Shown: positions 36,096-45,577 of the stretch, one piece after another
How positions within the stretch are numbered: position 1 is the stretch's first letter
Layout: each line of letters opens with the position of its first letter
DNA from: Candidatus Saccharimonadota bacterium
GTDB lineage: Bacteria > Patescibacteriota > Saccharimonadia > Saccharimonadales > UBA10212
Reading direction: 5' to 3'
Length of the DNA: 64,000 nt
Assembly (NCBI GenBank): GCA_013815775.1
Contig: JACDFN010000002.1
Coordinates: forward strand, 128,717-192,716
Notes under the pieces: generated by a model
Databases searched by the model: none
The model's input: only the letters and a program-made list of their open reading frames with translations
Told to the model about the DNA's origin: nothing
Program-made: the position numbers and the translations under genes

Positions 36096-36728
36096 TTAGT
36101 CTACCTCTCCCCTGTAAATCCAAACTTTTACACCTATAACTCCAGCTCCCGGATACAGTGCCCTTGCACTTCCGTAATCAATATCTGCACGCAAGGTATG
36201 CAACGGTACGCTTCCTTGGACCTCTTTTTCTCGTCGGGACATTTCATTACCGCCCAATCGTCCGGCAACTTCTACCCTGACACCCTTTGCGCCTGCTCTC
36301 ATCGTTGCGGCAGCGGATTGCTTAATGGCACGCCTAAAAGTAATCCGTCTTTCTAGTTGGTGGGCAATATTCTCTGCAACTAATTTAGCTTGAAGTTCGG
36401 GTCGTTTTATCTCCTCGATATTGACTCTTACTGGTACACCGTACAATTTCTCTATATCGGTCTTTAATTCTTGAGCTCCCGCACCGCCCCGTCCAATAAC
36501 TACACCGGCTTTTGCTGTTTGAATCGTAACAGTGACCAAGTTTGGCGAACGCTCAATGTCAACTTTGTTGATTGCCGCTCTAGAACCCAGTTTAGTAGTT
36601 ATGTGGCGACGAACGGCTAGGTCCTGCTTGAGGTATGCTGCGTAATCTTTCTTACCGGCAAACCACTTGCTGCGCCAATCCTTATTGACTTGTAACCTCA
36701 TGGATATAGGATTAACTTTTTGACCCAT
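36096..36728 (-). CDS. rpsC: 30S ribosomal protein S3
   Basis: MGQKVNP...RL motif and a KH domain. Confidence 0.96.
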   Translation of the reverse strand: MGQKVNPISMRLQVNKDWRSKWFAGKKDYAAYLKQDLAVRRHITTKLGSRAAINKVDIERSPNLVTVTIQTAKAGVVIGRGGAGAQELKTDIEKLYGVPVRVNIEEIKRPELQAKLVAENIAHQLERRITFRRAIKQSAAATMRAGAKGVRVEVAGRLGGNEMSRREKEVQGSVPLHTLRADIDYGSARALYPGAGVIGVKVWIYRGEVD

Positions 36729-37111
36729 TATTTTTCCTCCTTGGCGGTAGCTTCAGTAATCTTTTTCTTAGTGGCTCGTTTTTCACCGTCAACAGTAACT
36801 TTGATATGACTAGTTTTCCTTGCAAAAGGCAAGGCTCGCCCACGGGCAGCAGGTCGGTAGCGTTTTAATCTCGGCCCAGCAGTAACAGTAATTTCAACTA
36901 TATGAAGGCTGTCAGGTTTATAGTTGTGATTATGTTCGGCGTTTGCTCGTGCACTTACAACAACGCCTTTGACTGCTCCTGCGGCACGTCTGGGAGTATG
37001 ATCAAGAATTGTTACAGCATCAGCTATCGTTCGACCTCTAATTAAAGCAGCTACCTCGCTGACTTTACGAGGACTCATCCTGACTCCTTTTGAGTTGGCA
37101 TAGGCTGGCAT
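36728..37111 (-). CDS. rplV: 50S ribosomal protein L22
   Basis: L22 family (.RMSPRKV..VA..IRG). Confidence 0.94.
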   Translation of the reverse strand: MPAYANSKGVRMSPRKVSEVAALIRGRTIADAVTILDHTPRRAAGAVKGVVVSARANAEHNHNYKPDSLHIVEITVTAGPRLKRYRPAARGRALPFARKTSHIKVTVDGEKRATKKKITEATAKEEK

Positions 37112-37114
37112 AGT

Positions 37115-37399
37115 TTACCTCTTAGCTCCTTGACTCTTGGCAAGTTTACCACCATGGCTACGGAATTTGCGGGTTGGCGAAAACTCGCCCAGTTTATGGC
37201 CTACCATATTCTCGGTTATAAATACTGGAACATGTACTTTACCGTTGTGAACCGCCACAGTACGACCTACGAACTCCGGAGCTATAGTACAAGCACGGGC
37301 CCATGTTTTTATTACTGTACGGTCTTGAGGGGTTAGTGCTGCCAGTTTTTTTGATAGCTTTGGGTCAATGTACGGTCCTTTCTTAAGTGATCTGCTCAT
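37115..37399 (-). CDS. rpsS: 30S ribosomal protein S19
   Basis: [11 protein letters not shown] motif and HNGK.....I...MVGHKLGEF. Confidence 0.96.
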   Translation of the reverse strand: MSRSLKKGPYIDPKLSKKLAALTPQDRTVIKTWARACTIAPEFVGRTVAVHNGKVHVPVFITENMVGHKLGEFSPTRKFRSHGGKLAKSQGAKR

Positions 37400-38238
37400 C
37401 CTTGTCTCCTCTTCGCCTGATGACGACTTCTAACTATAAATTTAGTACTGGCCTTACGGCTCCGAGTTTTATATCCCAAAGTTTTTTGACCCCAAGGCGT
37501 AGTGGGGGGCCTGGCCATCCGGTGCTTACCGCCATCTCCGCCTCCATGTGGGTGATCGGCTGCTGCCATAACCACACCACGAACGGACGGCCTAAAGCCC
37601 ATATGCCTTTTTCGTCCAGCTTTTCCAACCTTTATATTCTGATGTTGTTCATTGCCCACGCTACCAATAGATGCGGTAGCTTCGATGGATATCATTCTTA
37701 CTTCACCCGAAGGGAGGCGGACTTGTGCATACTTCTCTTCCTTGGCAATTAATTGTGCTCCTGCACCGGCGGTTCTAGCTATTTGAGCACCTTTGCCCGG
37801 CTGTAGTTCAATGGCGTGGATCACCGTTCCCGTGGGTATATTTTTTAGCGGTAGTCGGTTTCCAACTTCTATAGAAGCTTCCTCCTCCGCACTTATTCTG
37901 GCGCCGACTTCTATTCCTTTAGGAGCTAAAATATAGTGATACTTTCCGCTATGATCCTTAATTCGGGCTATTCTGGCACTGCGGTTAGGGTCGTACTCAA
38001 TTTGCTCTACTATAGCCGTAGTCCCTGTTTCCAGCCGGTAATTTAATAATCTGTAGTAACGACGCGCTCCGCCACCTCGGTGCCGGGTGGTTATCCGCCC
38101 TTGATTATTTCGTGCAACTGGGCCTTTTTTTATTTTTATTAACCCTCTTAGAGGTTTTTTGGTAGTGATCGTGTCAAAGTCTTGAGTGGTCATGCCCCGC
38201 TGAGCTGGTGTAGTAGGGTTATAGAGTTTGATAGGCAT
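37396..38238 (-). CDS. rplB: 50S ribosomal protein L2
   Basis: L2 family (GGG..R.YR..D, HPHGGG.G). Confidence 0.96.
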   Translation of the reverse strand: MPIKLYNPTTPAQRGMTTQDFDTITTKKPLRGLIKIKKGPVARNNQGRITTRHRGGGARRYYRLLNYRLETGTTAIVEQIEYDPNRSARIARIKDHSGKYHYILAPKGIEVGARISAEEEASIEVGNRLPLKNIPTGTVIHAIELQPGKGAQIARTAGAGAQLIAKEEKYAQVRLPSGEVRMISIEATASIGSVGNEQHQNIKVGKAGRKRHMGFRPSVRGVVMAAADHPHGGGDGGKHRMARPPTTPWGQKTLGYKTRSRKASTKFIVRSRHQAKRRQG

Positions 38239-38582
38239 TATTTACTCTCCTTTACCGGCTTTTTAGTTGCCGGTTCTTCAACTGCTGCAAAGATTGGCAG
38301 CTTGTCTCCGTCTTTGAGGGTTACGTATGCTTTACGAATATTAGCTCGTTGAAAATGTCTCACAGAACGGCCACCCCGTCGTAGGCTGCGCTGACTTTTT
38401 CCTCTACTACTGGCCACTCTCACGCTTTTTATGCCAACCTCGTACTGATTTTTAACTGCCTCGGCGATATCATGCTTATTGGCGTCACGGGAAACGTCGA
38501 ATACATATGTATTTTGAGTTTGCGATAGACCATATACTTTCTCGCTTAGCCTAGGTTTCAAAATAACCGCCAATCTTTTCAT
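38238..38582 (-). CDS. rplW: 50S ribosomal protein L23
   Basis: L23 family in the S10-operon position. Confidence 0.92.
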   Translation of the reverse strand: MKRLAVILKPRLSEKVYGLSQTQNTYVFDVSRDANKHDIAEAVKNQYEVGIKSVRVASSRGKSQRSLRRGGRSVRHFQRANIRKAYVTLKDGDKLPIFAAVEEPATKKPVKESK

Positions 38583-39217
38583 TATTTAGCCTCCATCAAT
38601 GCATCAATTGCTAGTAATGCACTGGTACTAAAAACAATCTTATCAGCGTTCAGAACACCATAAACATTAAGATATCGAGCTTGTATTAGCTGGGTACCGG
38701 GAAGATTGCGGATAGGCCTAGAGGTTTCAGGTGTTTTTGATTCTAGAACTATTAGTGTTTTACCAGATGCTCCAATTTTTATTAACAAGTTTAAAGCATC
38801 CTTCGTCTTACCACTTGCTAAAACAAAATCATCTATGACAATAATTTTTTCAGATTTAGCCGCCAAACTAAGAGCCTGCCGTAGAGCCAGCCGCCTAGAC
38901 CGAGTATTCAGTTTAATAAAGTAGTTCTCGCTACCAGTTGGTCCGAAGGTTACTCCTCCCCCGGTTTGCAATGGATTTCGACTAGAACCAGCCCTAGCCC
39001 TGCCGGTACCTTTTTGAGGGTGAGGCTTGCGTCCACCACCGCGCACTTCGCCACGTTTTTTAGTCTTGGCAAGGTTAACCCGACCATTGGCAAGATAGGC
39101 TTGGTAAGCAATTTTTAATAGTCCGTGGTCTTTAACTTCAACTCCAAAAACTTTTTTATCGAGTTTAACGGACGTAGTCGCTTTAGCTCCAGACTTCGTA
39201 AAAGTAGAAACACTCAC
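38582..39217 (-). CDS. rplD: 50S ribosomal protein L4
   Basis: L4 family (RGGGRKP..QKGTGRAR.GS). Confidence 0.95.
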   Translation of the reverse strand: MSVSTFTKSGAKATTSVKLDKKVFGVEVKDHGLLKIAYQAYLANGRVNLAKTKKRGEVRGGGRKPHPQKGTGRARAGSSRNPLQTGGGVTFGPTGSENYFIKLNTRSRRLALRQALSLAAKSEKIIVIDDFVLASGKTKDALNLLIKIGASGKTLIVLESKTPETSRPIRNLPGTQLIQARYLNVYGVLNADKIVFSTSALLAIDALMEAK

Positions 39218-39828
39218 TACTTAGACTCCTTTAGAATCACTAGTCCTTTACGTGGTCCGGGAACGGCTCCACTTACCCCTATTACGCCTAATTCTTTATC
39301 TACTAAAGCCACCTTTAATCCCTTGGTTGTCACCCGTTCATGACCCATATGTCCAGCCATTTTCTTACCTGGAAAAATACGCTGTGGGTACATAGAGCCA
39401 ATGGAGCCGGGACGTCGATAGCTACGCCCACCGTGGGTCTTTCGGCCGCGGTGAAAGTTATGACGCTTAATGGTTCCGGCAAAGCCCTTACCTTTGCTAG
39501 TTCCCGATACATCAACGGAGTCGCCAATATTAAAAATGTCGGCGTTCAATTTGTCGCCGACTTTTGTTGTTTCTTCAATTTCATCAATCCGAAACTCACG
39601 TGTAATTTTTGGAGTCTGTCCGGAAGCTTTTAAATGTCCTTTTCGAGACTTACCGGCTTTTTTGTCTTCTTCTGCACCTATTTGAACAGCCTGGTATCCG
39701 TCAATCTCTAGAGTTTTAATTTGTGTTATGACGTTATCTACAGCGGATAATAAAGTAACAGCAATCGAAGAGCCGTCCTCAGTAATGAGGCTAGTCATGC
39801 CGATTTTACGAGTTAGTAGTGCTTTCAC
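39217..39828 (-). CDS. rplC: 50S ribosomal protein L3
   Basis: L3 family (KGKGFAG..KRHNF, GS.G....P.RV..G.KM.G). GTG start with an AAGGA SD 5 nt upstream. Confidence 0.95.
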   Translation of the reverse strand: MKALLTRKIGMTSLITEDGSSIAVTLLSAVDNVITQIKTLEIDGYQAVQIGAEEDKKAGKSRKGHLKASGQTPKITREFRIDEIEETTKVGDKLNADIFNIGDSVDVSGTSKGKGFAGTIKRHNFHRGRKTHGGRSYRRPGSIGSMYPQRIFPGKKMAGHMGHERVTTKGLKVALVDKELGVIGVSGAVPGPRKGLVILKESK

Positions 39829-39935
39829 TCTTATCCTTATTTTTGCTTAATAAATGCATAAACCTCGATTTTACGAGGCGTACAAAAAAATGACCTTGCT
39901 CTAGCAGTATCTACTCCTTTGCAGCAATAGACTTA

Positions 39936-39963
39936 CAAAAAAGAGCCAAGTACTGAACTCTCT
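39936..39963 (-). terminator. weak intrinsic terminator downstream of the 88-aa membrane-protein gene
   Basis: Minus strand reads AGAGAG-ttcagtacttgg-CTCTTT followed by TTTG (T6 run in total). Confidence 0.35.
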
Positions 39964-39968
39964 ATGTC

Positions 39969-40009
39969 CAACAGATTAACATGCAAAAGACTCATCTGTC
40001 AATCTGTTG
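39969..40009 (-). other. 9-bp inverted repeat (CAACAGATT..23 nt..AATCTGTTG) just downstream of the 88-aa gene
   Basis: Perfect 9-bp arms. The loop contains TTGACA. The function is unknown; it may be an RNA hairpin or an operator. Confidence 0.3.
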
Positions 40010-40031
40010 CGAAAATTACAAAGATAATTCT

Positions 40032-40298
40032 TTAATTAAAGGTTAATTCTAGACCCATAGGTAACCAAAAACCAACAAACATAGCCATTAGTAGCACGGC
40101 ATATTCAACTTTACGATCTATTTTAAAATGGTCGTGTGCGATAAATAAAAGACCAATTAGGGCTCCAACTGGAATAGGAAGTTCTGTATCCCCCTTGGTG
40201 ATTATTCGAAGCCATTGCGACCCTAGAACTAAATAAAGCACAATTTTTAACACATAGACGCTGTCTAGCTCTTGATTCTGGTCAGTTTTTTTTGCCAT
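40032..40298 (-). CDS. small hypothetical membrane protein (88 aa)
   Basis: Two or three hydrophobic helices. It follows the aminopeptidase gene on the same strand. Confidence 0.5.
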   Translation of the reverse strand: MAKKTDQNQELDSVYVLKIVLYLVLGSQWLRIITKGDTELPIPVGALIGLLFIAHDHFKIDRKVEYAVLLMAMFVGFWLPMGLELTFN

Positions 40299-40336
40299 AA
40301 ACGTATTTAACCATAAGGTTATTGTCCAGGCAAAGC

Positions 40337-41548
40337 CTAAACCTCAAACTGCCCATTTTTATATATAATTCTTCGTTCACCGCCAGGCAGTATCGCCGTA
40401 ACCACTCTGTCTGACGTTGAAATTAAGTCATTATGAACTGCGGATTCATTAAAGCCTAGTTTCTCTAAAGTTTTAGCAGATACGTTCCTTACGTTACCCG
40501 AAAATGTGTCGTGATACGATTTGCCAACTGCAATATGGGTATTGCCGAATGGCCCGCCAATATTTTCGTCAAAGAGGGTATTTGCCATAAACTTGTCAAT
40601 TCTGGATAGTCTCTTATCGGTAAGCGAGTACTCACCTAACTGGGAAGCTCCCTCATCGGTGGTTAGCATTTCTTTAAGTAGTTTTTCGTTTTGCTTAGCT
40701 GAAGCTGAAGTTACTCGACCTTCCTTAAAATGTAACTCAATGCCTTTCACTACACTGCCATAGCTATACCAAGGTTGATTAAACCGTATCCAGCCATCCG
40801 TACCGCGCCAGTCCGGAGAAGTAAAAATTTCAAAGCTTGGTATATTCCGACCACTTCCACCAAGCCACTCGCGGTCCGGGCCCAGGCGTACATGCAGGTC
40901 AACGTCATTGCCTTTCATGTGAAGTTCTTCTATTTTCAAGGATGTTAGCTTTGTAGAAACTCTAGTAATTTCATCGCTGGCTTTACGCCACTGCTCAAGT
41001 GGGTCCTCGTAATCCAAATAGCAGGCGTGAATAATCTGCTGCCAGTACTCTTTAAGACTAAGGTCCGCCTCTTTTGCTTGTGACTGCGTTGCATAGAGAG
41101 CTAGCGTCCATGTATAGCGACCAGAATTTTCCTTCTCATCAAACCATTTCATCAGTGGTTTCATAGCTTTTTGACTTGTCAATATTCGCCTCGGATTCAC
41201 TCCGTCCAACTCATGAATATCGTAATTCGAAATCAAGGCAATTCTATGATCAACTTGGTCGACCAAACCACGAGCGTATTTTTCTAAAAAACCATTCAGC
41301 TGTTCATCCGTTGCATTTTCATAAAAATAACGTGCTCCACCACTCATATCGTCACTCAAATTACTAATTATATGGCCGCCAGAGTCGATTATTACCTTTC
41401 GGAGCGTCCTATATAAGGGCAGAGCCGATAAAGGAGAATGCAGATAAATTACATCATCTGGCTTAATGCCTTTTCCACTGTCTAAGGCAAAATTAACTAA
41501 GACTTTAGCATACTTCTCAAGAATATTATTAGACGGCACATAACTCAT
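40337..41548 (-). CDS. aminopeptidase, M29 family (AmpS/PepS-like)
   Basis: 403 aa. The N-terminal LEKYAKVLVNFAL....GIKPDDVIYL and overall pattern are typical of the thermophilic metalloprotease M29 family. Confidence 0.8.
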   Translation of the reverse strand: MSYVPSNNILEKYAKVLVNFALDSGKGIKPDDVIYLHSPLSALPLYRTLRKVIIDSGGHIISNLSDDMSGGARYFYENATDEQLNGFLEKYARGLVDQVDHRIALISNYDIHELDGVNPRRILTSQKAMKPLMKWFDEKENSGRYTWTLALYATQSQAKEADLSLKEYWQQIIHACYLDYEDPLEQWRKASDEITRVSTKLTSLKIEELHMKGNDVDLHVRLGPDREWLGGSGRNIPSFEIFTSPDWRGTDGWIRFNQPWYSYGSVVKGIELHFKEGRVTSASAKQNEKLLKEMLTTDEGASQLGEYSLTDKRLSRIDKFMANTLFDENIGGPFGNTHIAVGKSYHDTFSGNVRNVSAKTLEKLGFNESAVHNDLISTSDRVVTAILPGGERRIIYKNGQFEV

Positions 41549-41555
41549 CAGATTA

Positions 41556-41561
41556 ATTATA
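41556..41561 (-). promoter_or_regulatory. -10 box TATAAT, 7 nt upstream of the M29 aminopeptidase ATG (candidate leaderless promoter)
   Basis: Minus strand reads cttctgTATAATtaatctgATG. No SD is present. Confidence 0.45.
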
Positions 41562-41668
41562 CAGAAGATGAACCAGTACTCTTAATGAGATGTCTAACCT
41601 TCGCTTCTATTAAATTAAATTCCCAACCGGGCATTTCTTATATCTTTCTTTCAGACTAGGGTTATGAA

Positions 41669-41839
41669 TTATTCTTTTTCTTCAAATGCTTCGGGTAGAT
41701 AAAGTATTTCCGTGAATAATCCAACGGGGTAACGACCAATTGGAGTCATCACGTAGCTTATTATTCGATCCCTTTCCGGAGAGAAGTCTTCTTCAGTTGG
41801 TGGTGTTTCGTCGTTCTTGAAAGTCATTTCTGGAACCAT
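41669..41839 (-). CDS. possible small acidic protein (56 aa) immediately after rpsJ
   Basis: Hand-translated: [56 protein letters not shown]. The ATG lies 3 nt after the rpsJ stop (TAAATTATG). It is below the ORF-track cutoff. Confidence 0.3.
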   Translation of the reverse strand: MVPEMTFKNDETPPTEEDFSPERDRIISYVMTPIGRYPVGLFTEILYLPEAFEEKE

Positions 41840-41842
41840 AAT

Positions 41843-42190
41843 TTACATCTTAATTTCGGCGTCACAACCAGCTGGTAAATTTAGATTCATCAGTGAATCA
41901 ATCGTCTTGGGGGTCGGGTCGGTTATGTCTATAAGTCGTTTATGAATCCGCATCTCGAACTGTTCTCGGCCCTTTTTGTAAACGTGAGGGCTTTTTACTA
42001 CAGTAAATGTGCTTCTCCTCGTTGGCAGCGGAATTGGGCCGGCTATGTTAGCCCCAGTTCTAAGCGCTGTTTCTACAATTTGCTTAGCCGATTGGTCTAT
42101 TACCTTGTGGTCGTAAGCTTTTAGACGAATACGAATCCTTTGTTTTATCTCAGGAGTCGCAGGTTTAGTGGTTTTTTTAGGTTCTGCCAT
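41843..42190 (-). CDS. rpsJ: 30S ribosomal protein S10
   Basis: S10 family ([26 protein letters not shown]). I prefer the ATG at 42190, which overlaps the orf97 stop (TGATG). Confidence 0.94.
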   Translation of the reverse strand: MAEPKKTTKPATPEIKQRIRIRLKAYDHKVIDQSAKQIVETALRTGANIAGPIPLPTRRSTFTVVKSPHVYKKGREQFEMRIHKRLIDITDPTPKTIDSLMNLNLPAGCDAEIKM

Positions 42191-42483
42191 CAATCTCTAA
42201 TCTTTCGAAGTTTGGGTAATTCGATACGTGCACCACTACTTCTAATGTGCTTAATAGCGCCCAATGCCAAAGCTTCCTCAGTAACTGCACGCTGTGCTTC
42301 ATTTAATGTATTTTTTTCTACAGACAACCCTAGGCCGTGGTCATCATCCGACCGTAAAAAAACTCTTTTGCTGCCTGAAAACGCGTACAAACTTCCTTCA
42401 ACCAATTCGTCAGAATCGGTGAACCTTCTCCATACTGAATTGTCTGCGTGTCGCTCTACGTCTCCAATTTCTATAGGGCTCAT
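42190..42483 (-). CDS. hypothetical protein (97 aa) between tuf and rpsJ
   Basis: An AAGGA SD lies 9 nt upstream of the ATG, the start is 12 nt after the tuf stop, and the stop overlaps the rpsJ ATG. I recognise no family. Confidence 0.55.
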   Translation of the reverse strand: MSPIEIGDVERHADNSVWRRFTDSDELVEGSLYAFSGSKRVFLRSDDDHGLGLSVEKNTLNEAQRAVTEEALALGAIKHIRSSGARIELPKLRKIRD

Positions 42484-42495
42484 GTAAGTTTTTCC

Positions 42496-43680
42496 TTATT
42501 TAGTAACTTTAGTTACTACACCGGCTCCGACTGTTCGCCCGCCTTCGCGAATAGCAAACCGTAAGCCCTGTTCCATAGCTATTGGCGACATCAGTTTAAC
42601 TTTAAATGTAACGGTATCACCGGGCATGACCATCTCCTTGTCAGCTGGCAGTTCTACCTCTCCGGTAACGTCCGTAGTACGAAAGTAAAATTGAGGCTTG
42701 TAGCCTTTAAAGAAAGGTGTATGTCGGCCTCCCTCTTCTTTGGTCAGGATATAGACTTCGCTATCAAATTCGGTATGCGGTGTAATGGTGCCTGGTTTTG
42801 TGAGTACTTGTCCGCGTTCAATATCATCTCTCTCTATGCCTCTTAGCAAGATGCCCACGTTGTCGCCTGCTTGACCTTGGTCCAGATTCTTTTTAAACAT
42901 CTCCACCCCAGTAACAACTGTTTTCTTTGTGGGTCTTATTCCTACAATCTCAATTTCCTCATTAACTTTAACAACCCCTGTTTCGACACGCCCAGTAGCA
43001 ACTGTGCCTCGGCCTTTAATTGAAAAAACATCTTCAATAGCCATCATAAAAGGTTTTTCAAGATCGCGTTTAGGCTCTGGAATATACTCATCCATTGCTT
43101 TGACTAGTTCCATTATGGCGTCTTCGCTGCTTGCATCTCCTTCAAGAGCCTTGGTTGCAGAACCTTTTATGATAGGTGCTTCACGGTCAAATTCGTACTT
43201 AGCAAGAAGGTCACGCACGTCCTCTTCAACTAACTCAACCAGCTCGGGGTCGGCTAAGTCCATTTTATTTAGGAACACTAAAATAGAAGGTACACCGACC
43301 TGCTTAGCCAGTAGCACGTGCTCACGAGTTTGGGGCATAGGCCCATCGGCTGCCGAAACAACCAATATAGCTCCATCAATTTGAGCAGCGCCGGTTATCA
43401 TGTTTTTTATGTAGTCGGCGTGCCCGGGCATATCTACGTGAGCGTAATGTCGGTTTTCTGATTCATACTCTTGATGCGAAGTAGCAATAGTAATCCCGCG
43501 AGCTTTTTCTTCAGGTGCATTGTCGATTTGGTCATAGGCAACCGGTTTATTGATAGAGCTAGGTAGTTTTTTGGCTAGAACAGCAGTAATAGCCGCTGTT
43601 AAAGAAGTTTTACCATGATCAACGTGACCCATTGTACCTACGTTAACGTGCGGCTTACTTCTGTCGAAATTTTCTGCCAT
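42496..43680 (-). CDS. tuf: elongation factor Tu
   Basis: [22 protein letters not shown](T)KAL; 394 aa. Confidence 0.98.
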   Translation of the reverse strand: MAENFDRSKPHVNVGTMGHVDHGKTSLTAAITAVLAKKLPSSINKPVAYDQIDNAPEEKARGITIATSHQEYESENRHYAHVDMPGHADYIKNMITGAAQIDGAILVVSAADGPMPQTREHVLLAKQVGVPSILVFLNKMDLADPELVELVEEDVRDLLAKYEFDREAPIIKGSATKALEGDASSEDAIMELVKAMDEYIPEPKRDLEKPFMMAIEDVFSIKGRGTVATGRVETGVVKVNEEIEIVGIRPTKKTVVTGVEMFKKNLDQGQAGDNVGILLRGIERDDIERGQVLTKPGTITPHTEFDSEVYILTKEEGGRHTPFFKGYKPQFYFRTTDVTGEVELPADKEMVMPGDTVTFKVKLMSPIAMEQGLRFAIREGGRTVGAGVVTKVTK

Positions 43681-43754
43681 TTAATATCTCCCTTTAGTTG
43701 CTACTTATTATTTAGCATGAGAAAGCAATCACTCCCTCACACGAGAATAATGTA

Positions 43755-43783
43755 ATTATAGGTAAACTTATGCCTTTTGTAAA
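43755..43783 (-). promoter_or_regulatory. sigma70-type promoter for tuf (TTTACA-17-TATAAT)
   Basis: -35 element at 43778-43783 and -10 element at 43755-43760. A leader of roughly 65 nt ends in an AAAGGGAG SD. Confidence 0.5.
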
Positions 43784-43886
43784 GGGTTTTTGGGTCTTAT
43801 TCGCTTGCTTAAGACAAAGGTTAGGTTTAGTCCGGTTGGTCCTGGTTTTTTTGCGTTCTTTTTCATTAATCATGTTGTTTGCTTTT

Positions 43887-43915
43887 TTGTTGATCTTTGT
43901 TTGGTAAAATAATAT
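43887..43915 (+). promoter_or_regulatory. possible promoter for the alpha-glucosidase gene (TTGTTG-17-TAATAT)
   Basis: Hexamers with a 17-nt spacer about 40 nt upstream of the GTG start (AAGGA SD). Confidence 0.3.
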
Positions 43916-43954
43916 AACTTACTAAACAAGTAATGCTAATCGACAAGGATATGA

Positions 43955-45577
43955 GTGTTTTTAGAGACTAAGGGTACGAGTGACTGGTGGGACGGTGCAT
44001 GTGTGTACCAAATTTATCCTCGAAGTTTTTATGATTCGGATAGTGATGGTGTAGGCGACCTCCGGGGCATTATAAAAAAACTTGACTATCTAGCAGGAAA
44101 ACCGGAGTCGCTTGGCATAAATGCAATATGGATATCCCCTTTTTACCCCTCACCTTTAGCTGATTTTGGTTATGATGTTTCCGATTACAGAGGAATCGAT
44201 CCTTTGTTTGGAAGTATGGTCGATTTTGACAGACTAGTCCAAGAAGCTCATCTCAGAGGCGTTCGTGTAATTATAGATTTCGTTCCTAATCATAGCTCTA
44301 ACCAACACACTTGGTTTAAGGAATCTTTATCTGGCCGAGAAAGTCCAAAGCGTAATTGGTACGTTTGGAAAGACCCCAAGCCCGATGGCTCACCACCAAA
44401 TAATTGGATGAGTGTTTTTGGAGGATCAGCGTGGGAGTTTGAAGAATCGTCACAGCAATACTATTTGCATACTTTCTTAAAACAGCAACCTGACCTTAAT
44501 TGGGATAATCAAGATCTACGAAAAGAAATGAAGGAAATTATGAAATTCTGGCTTGAAAAAGGTGTTGATGGGTTAAGGATTGATGCAGTTAGTTGGTTAT
44601 CGAAAGACCTGCAATTTCGCGACGATCCTGTTAATCCACGCTACCGCGAGAACATTGATGACTCTTACCACAAGCTTCTTCACACCTGCAGCAGTCAAGG
44701 GTCAAAGCTTTTCGACTATCTCAACGAGATGATTGATGTTTGCAGGGGTTATGAAAATAAATTTATGATTACGGAGGCATATCCCGATGTTCAGGGTGAA
44801 ATTAGCCACTATCTTAAATATTACCAAAGGCTGAACCACAACATCTGCATACCTTTTAATTTCGAGTGTATTTCATTCCCGTGGGACGCGGGTACCTACA
44901 AAAACTTTGTAGATTTGTTTCAAGAAGCATTACTGCCAGGGCAACCCGCAATTTACAATATGGGTAATCATGACAAGTCGCGTTTAGCATCAAGATTAGG
45001 CCGTGATTCGGCAAAAACAGCGGCAATGCTACTTTTGAGCCTGCCTGGAATCCCCTTTATCTACTATGGTGACGAAATAGGTATGCAAGATGTATATATT
45101 CCGAAAAATAAAGCTAAGGATCCTTTTACGACGCCTGAAGGAGTGGGCCGTGACCCATCAAGGACACCAATGCAGTGGAACGAATATATGAACGCAGGTT
45201 TTAGCACCACCGAACCCTGGCTGCCACTATCAACAGATTACAAACAGTGCAATGTTGAATCTGAGTCGCGGTACAACGAGTCGTTCCTCAATCTCTATAA
45301 AGATTTAATTGCTTTCAGGAAGCAGTCGACAGTACTTCGAGTCGGTGCATATCAATCTTTAGAGCTTGGTAAGAATATATATGGGTTTGTACGAGAAAAT
45401 TTAACAGATAAAGTAACAGTGGTGCTTAATTTCTCAAATGAAACTGAAATAATTGACTCAAAAGCTTTAAAGGGCAGAGTAGTGCTTTCAACATATAGAG
45501 ATATTGGGTCGAACTTTAACCTTAACGGCCACTTAAAATTGCGGCCTCATGAAGGTGTATTTATTGCGCCTTCTTAG
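43955..45577 (+). CDS. GH13 alpha-glucosidase (oligo-1,6-glucosidase / trehalose-6-P hydrolase-like)
   Basis: WW..A..YQIYPRSF.DS..DG.GDL.GI, DFVPNHSS, GVDGLRIDAV, ITEAY and NHD motifs of the alpha-amylase superfamily. Confidence 0.88.
   Translation: MFLETKGTSDWWDGACVYQIYPRSFYDSDSDGVGDLRGIIKKLDYLAGKPESLGINAIWISPFYPSPLADFGYDVSDYRGIDPLFGSMVDFDRLVQEAHLRGVRVIIDFVPNHSSNQHTWFKESLSGRESPKRNWYVWKDPKPDGSPPNNWMSVFGGSAWEFEESSQQYYLHTFLKQQPDLNWDNQDLRKEMKEIMKFWLEKGVDGLRIDAVSWLSKDLQFRDDPVNPRYRENIDDSYHKLLHTCSSQGSKLFDYLNEMIDVCRGYENKFMITEAYPDVQGEISHYLKYYQRLNHNICIPFNFECISFPWDAGTYKNFVDLFQEALLPGQPAIYNMGNHDKSRLASRLGRDSAKTAAMLLLSLPGIPFIYYGDEIGMQDVYIPKNKAKDPFTTPEGVGRDPSRTPMQWNEYMNAGFSTTEPWLPLSTDYKQCNVESESRYNESFLNLYKDLIAFRKQSTVLRVGAYQSLELGKNIYGFVRENLTDKVTVVLNFSNETEIIDSKALKGRVVLSTYRDIGSNFNLNGHLKLRPHEGVFIAPS

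Noticed and set aside
3105-42192. Possibility of an alternative genetic code (UGA as a sense codon, as in some CPR lineages).
   Set aside because: TGA terminates conserved genes at the expected lengths (for example DHH-1 at 3105, orf97 at 42190 and the membrane protein at 5097). No conserved protein requires read-through.
42140-42487. 115-aa plus-strand ORF covering the tuf-rpsJ gap, as an alternative to minus-strand orf97.
   Set aside because: It has no SD and is antisense to the operon. The minus-strand reading has an SD and start/stop coupling to both neighbours.
43800-43870. T7 run preceded by CCGG..CTGG on the plus strand, as a possible terminator.
   Set aside because: The stem is only 4 bp including a wobble pair, and there is no upstream plus-strand gene to terminate.
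43770-43907. 45-aa Phe/Leu-rich ORF on the plus strand in the tuf / alpha-glucosidase divergent spacer.
   Set aside because: It is a product of a T-rich promoter region. It has no convincing SD and overlaps both predicted promoters. Its hydrophobicity is explained by the T-richness.
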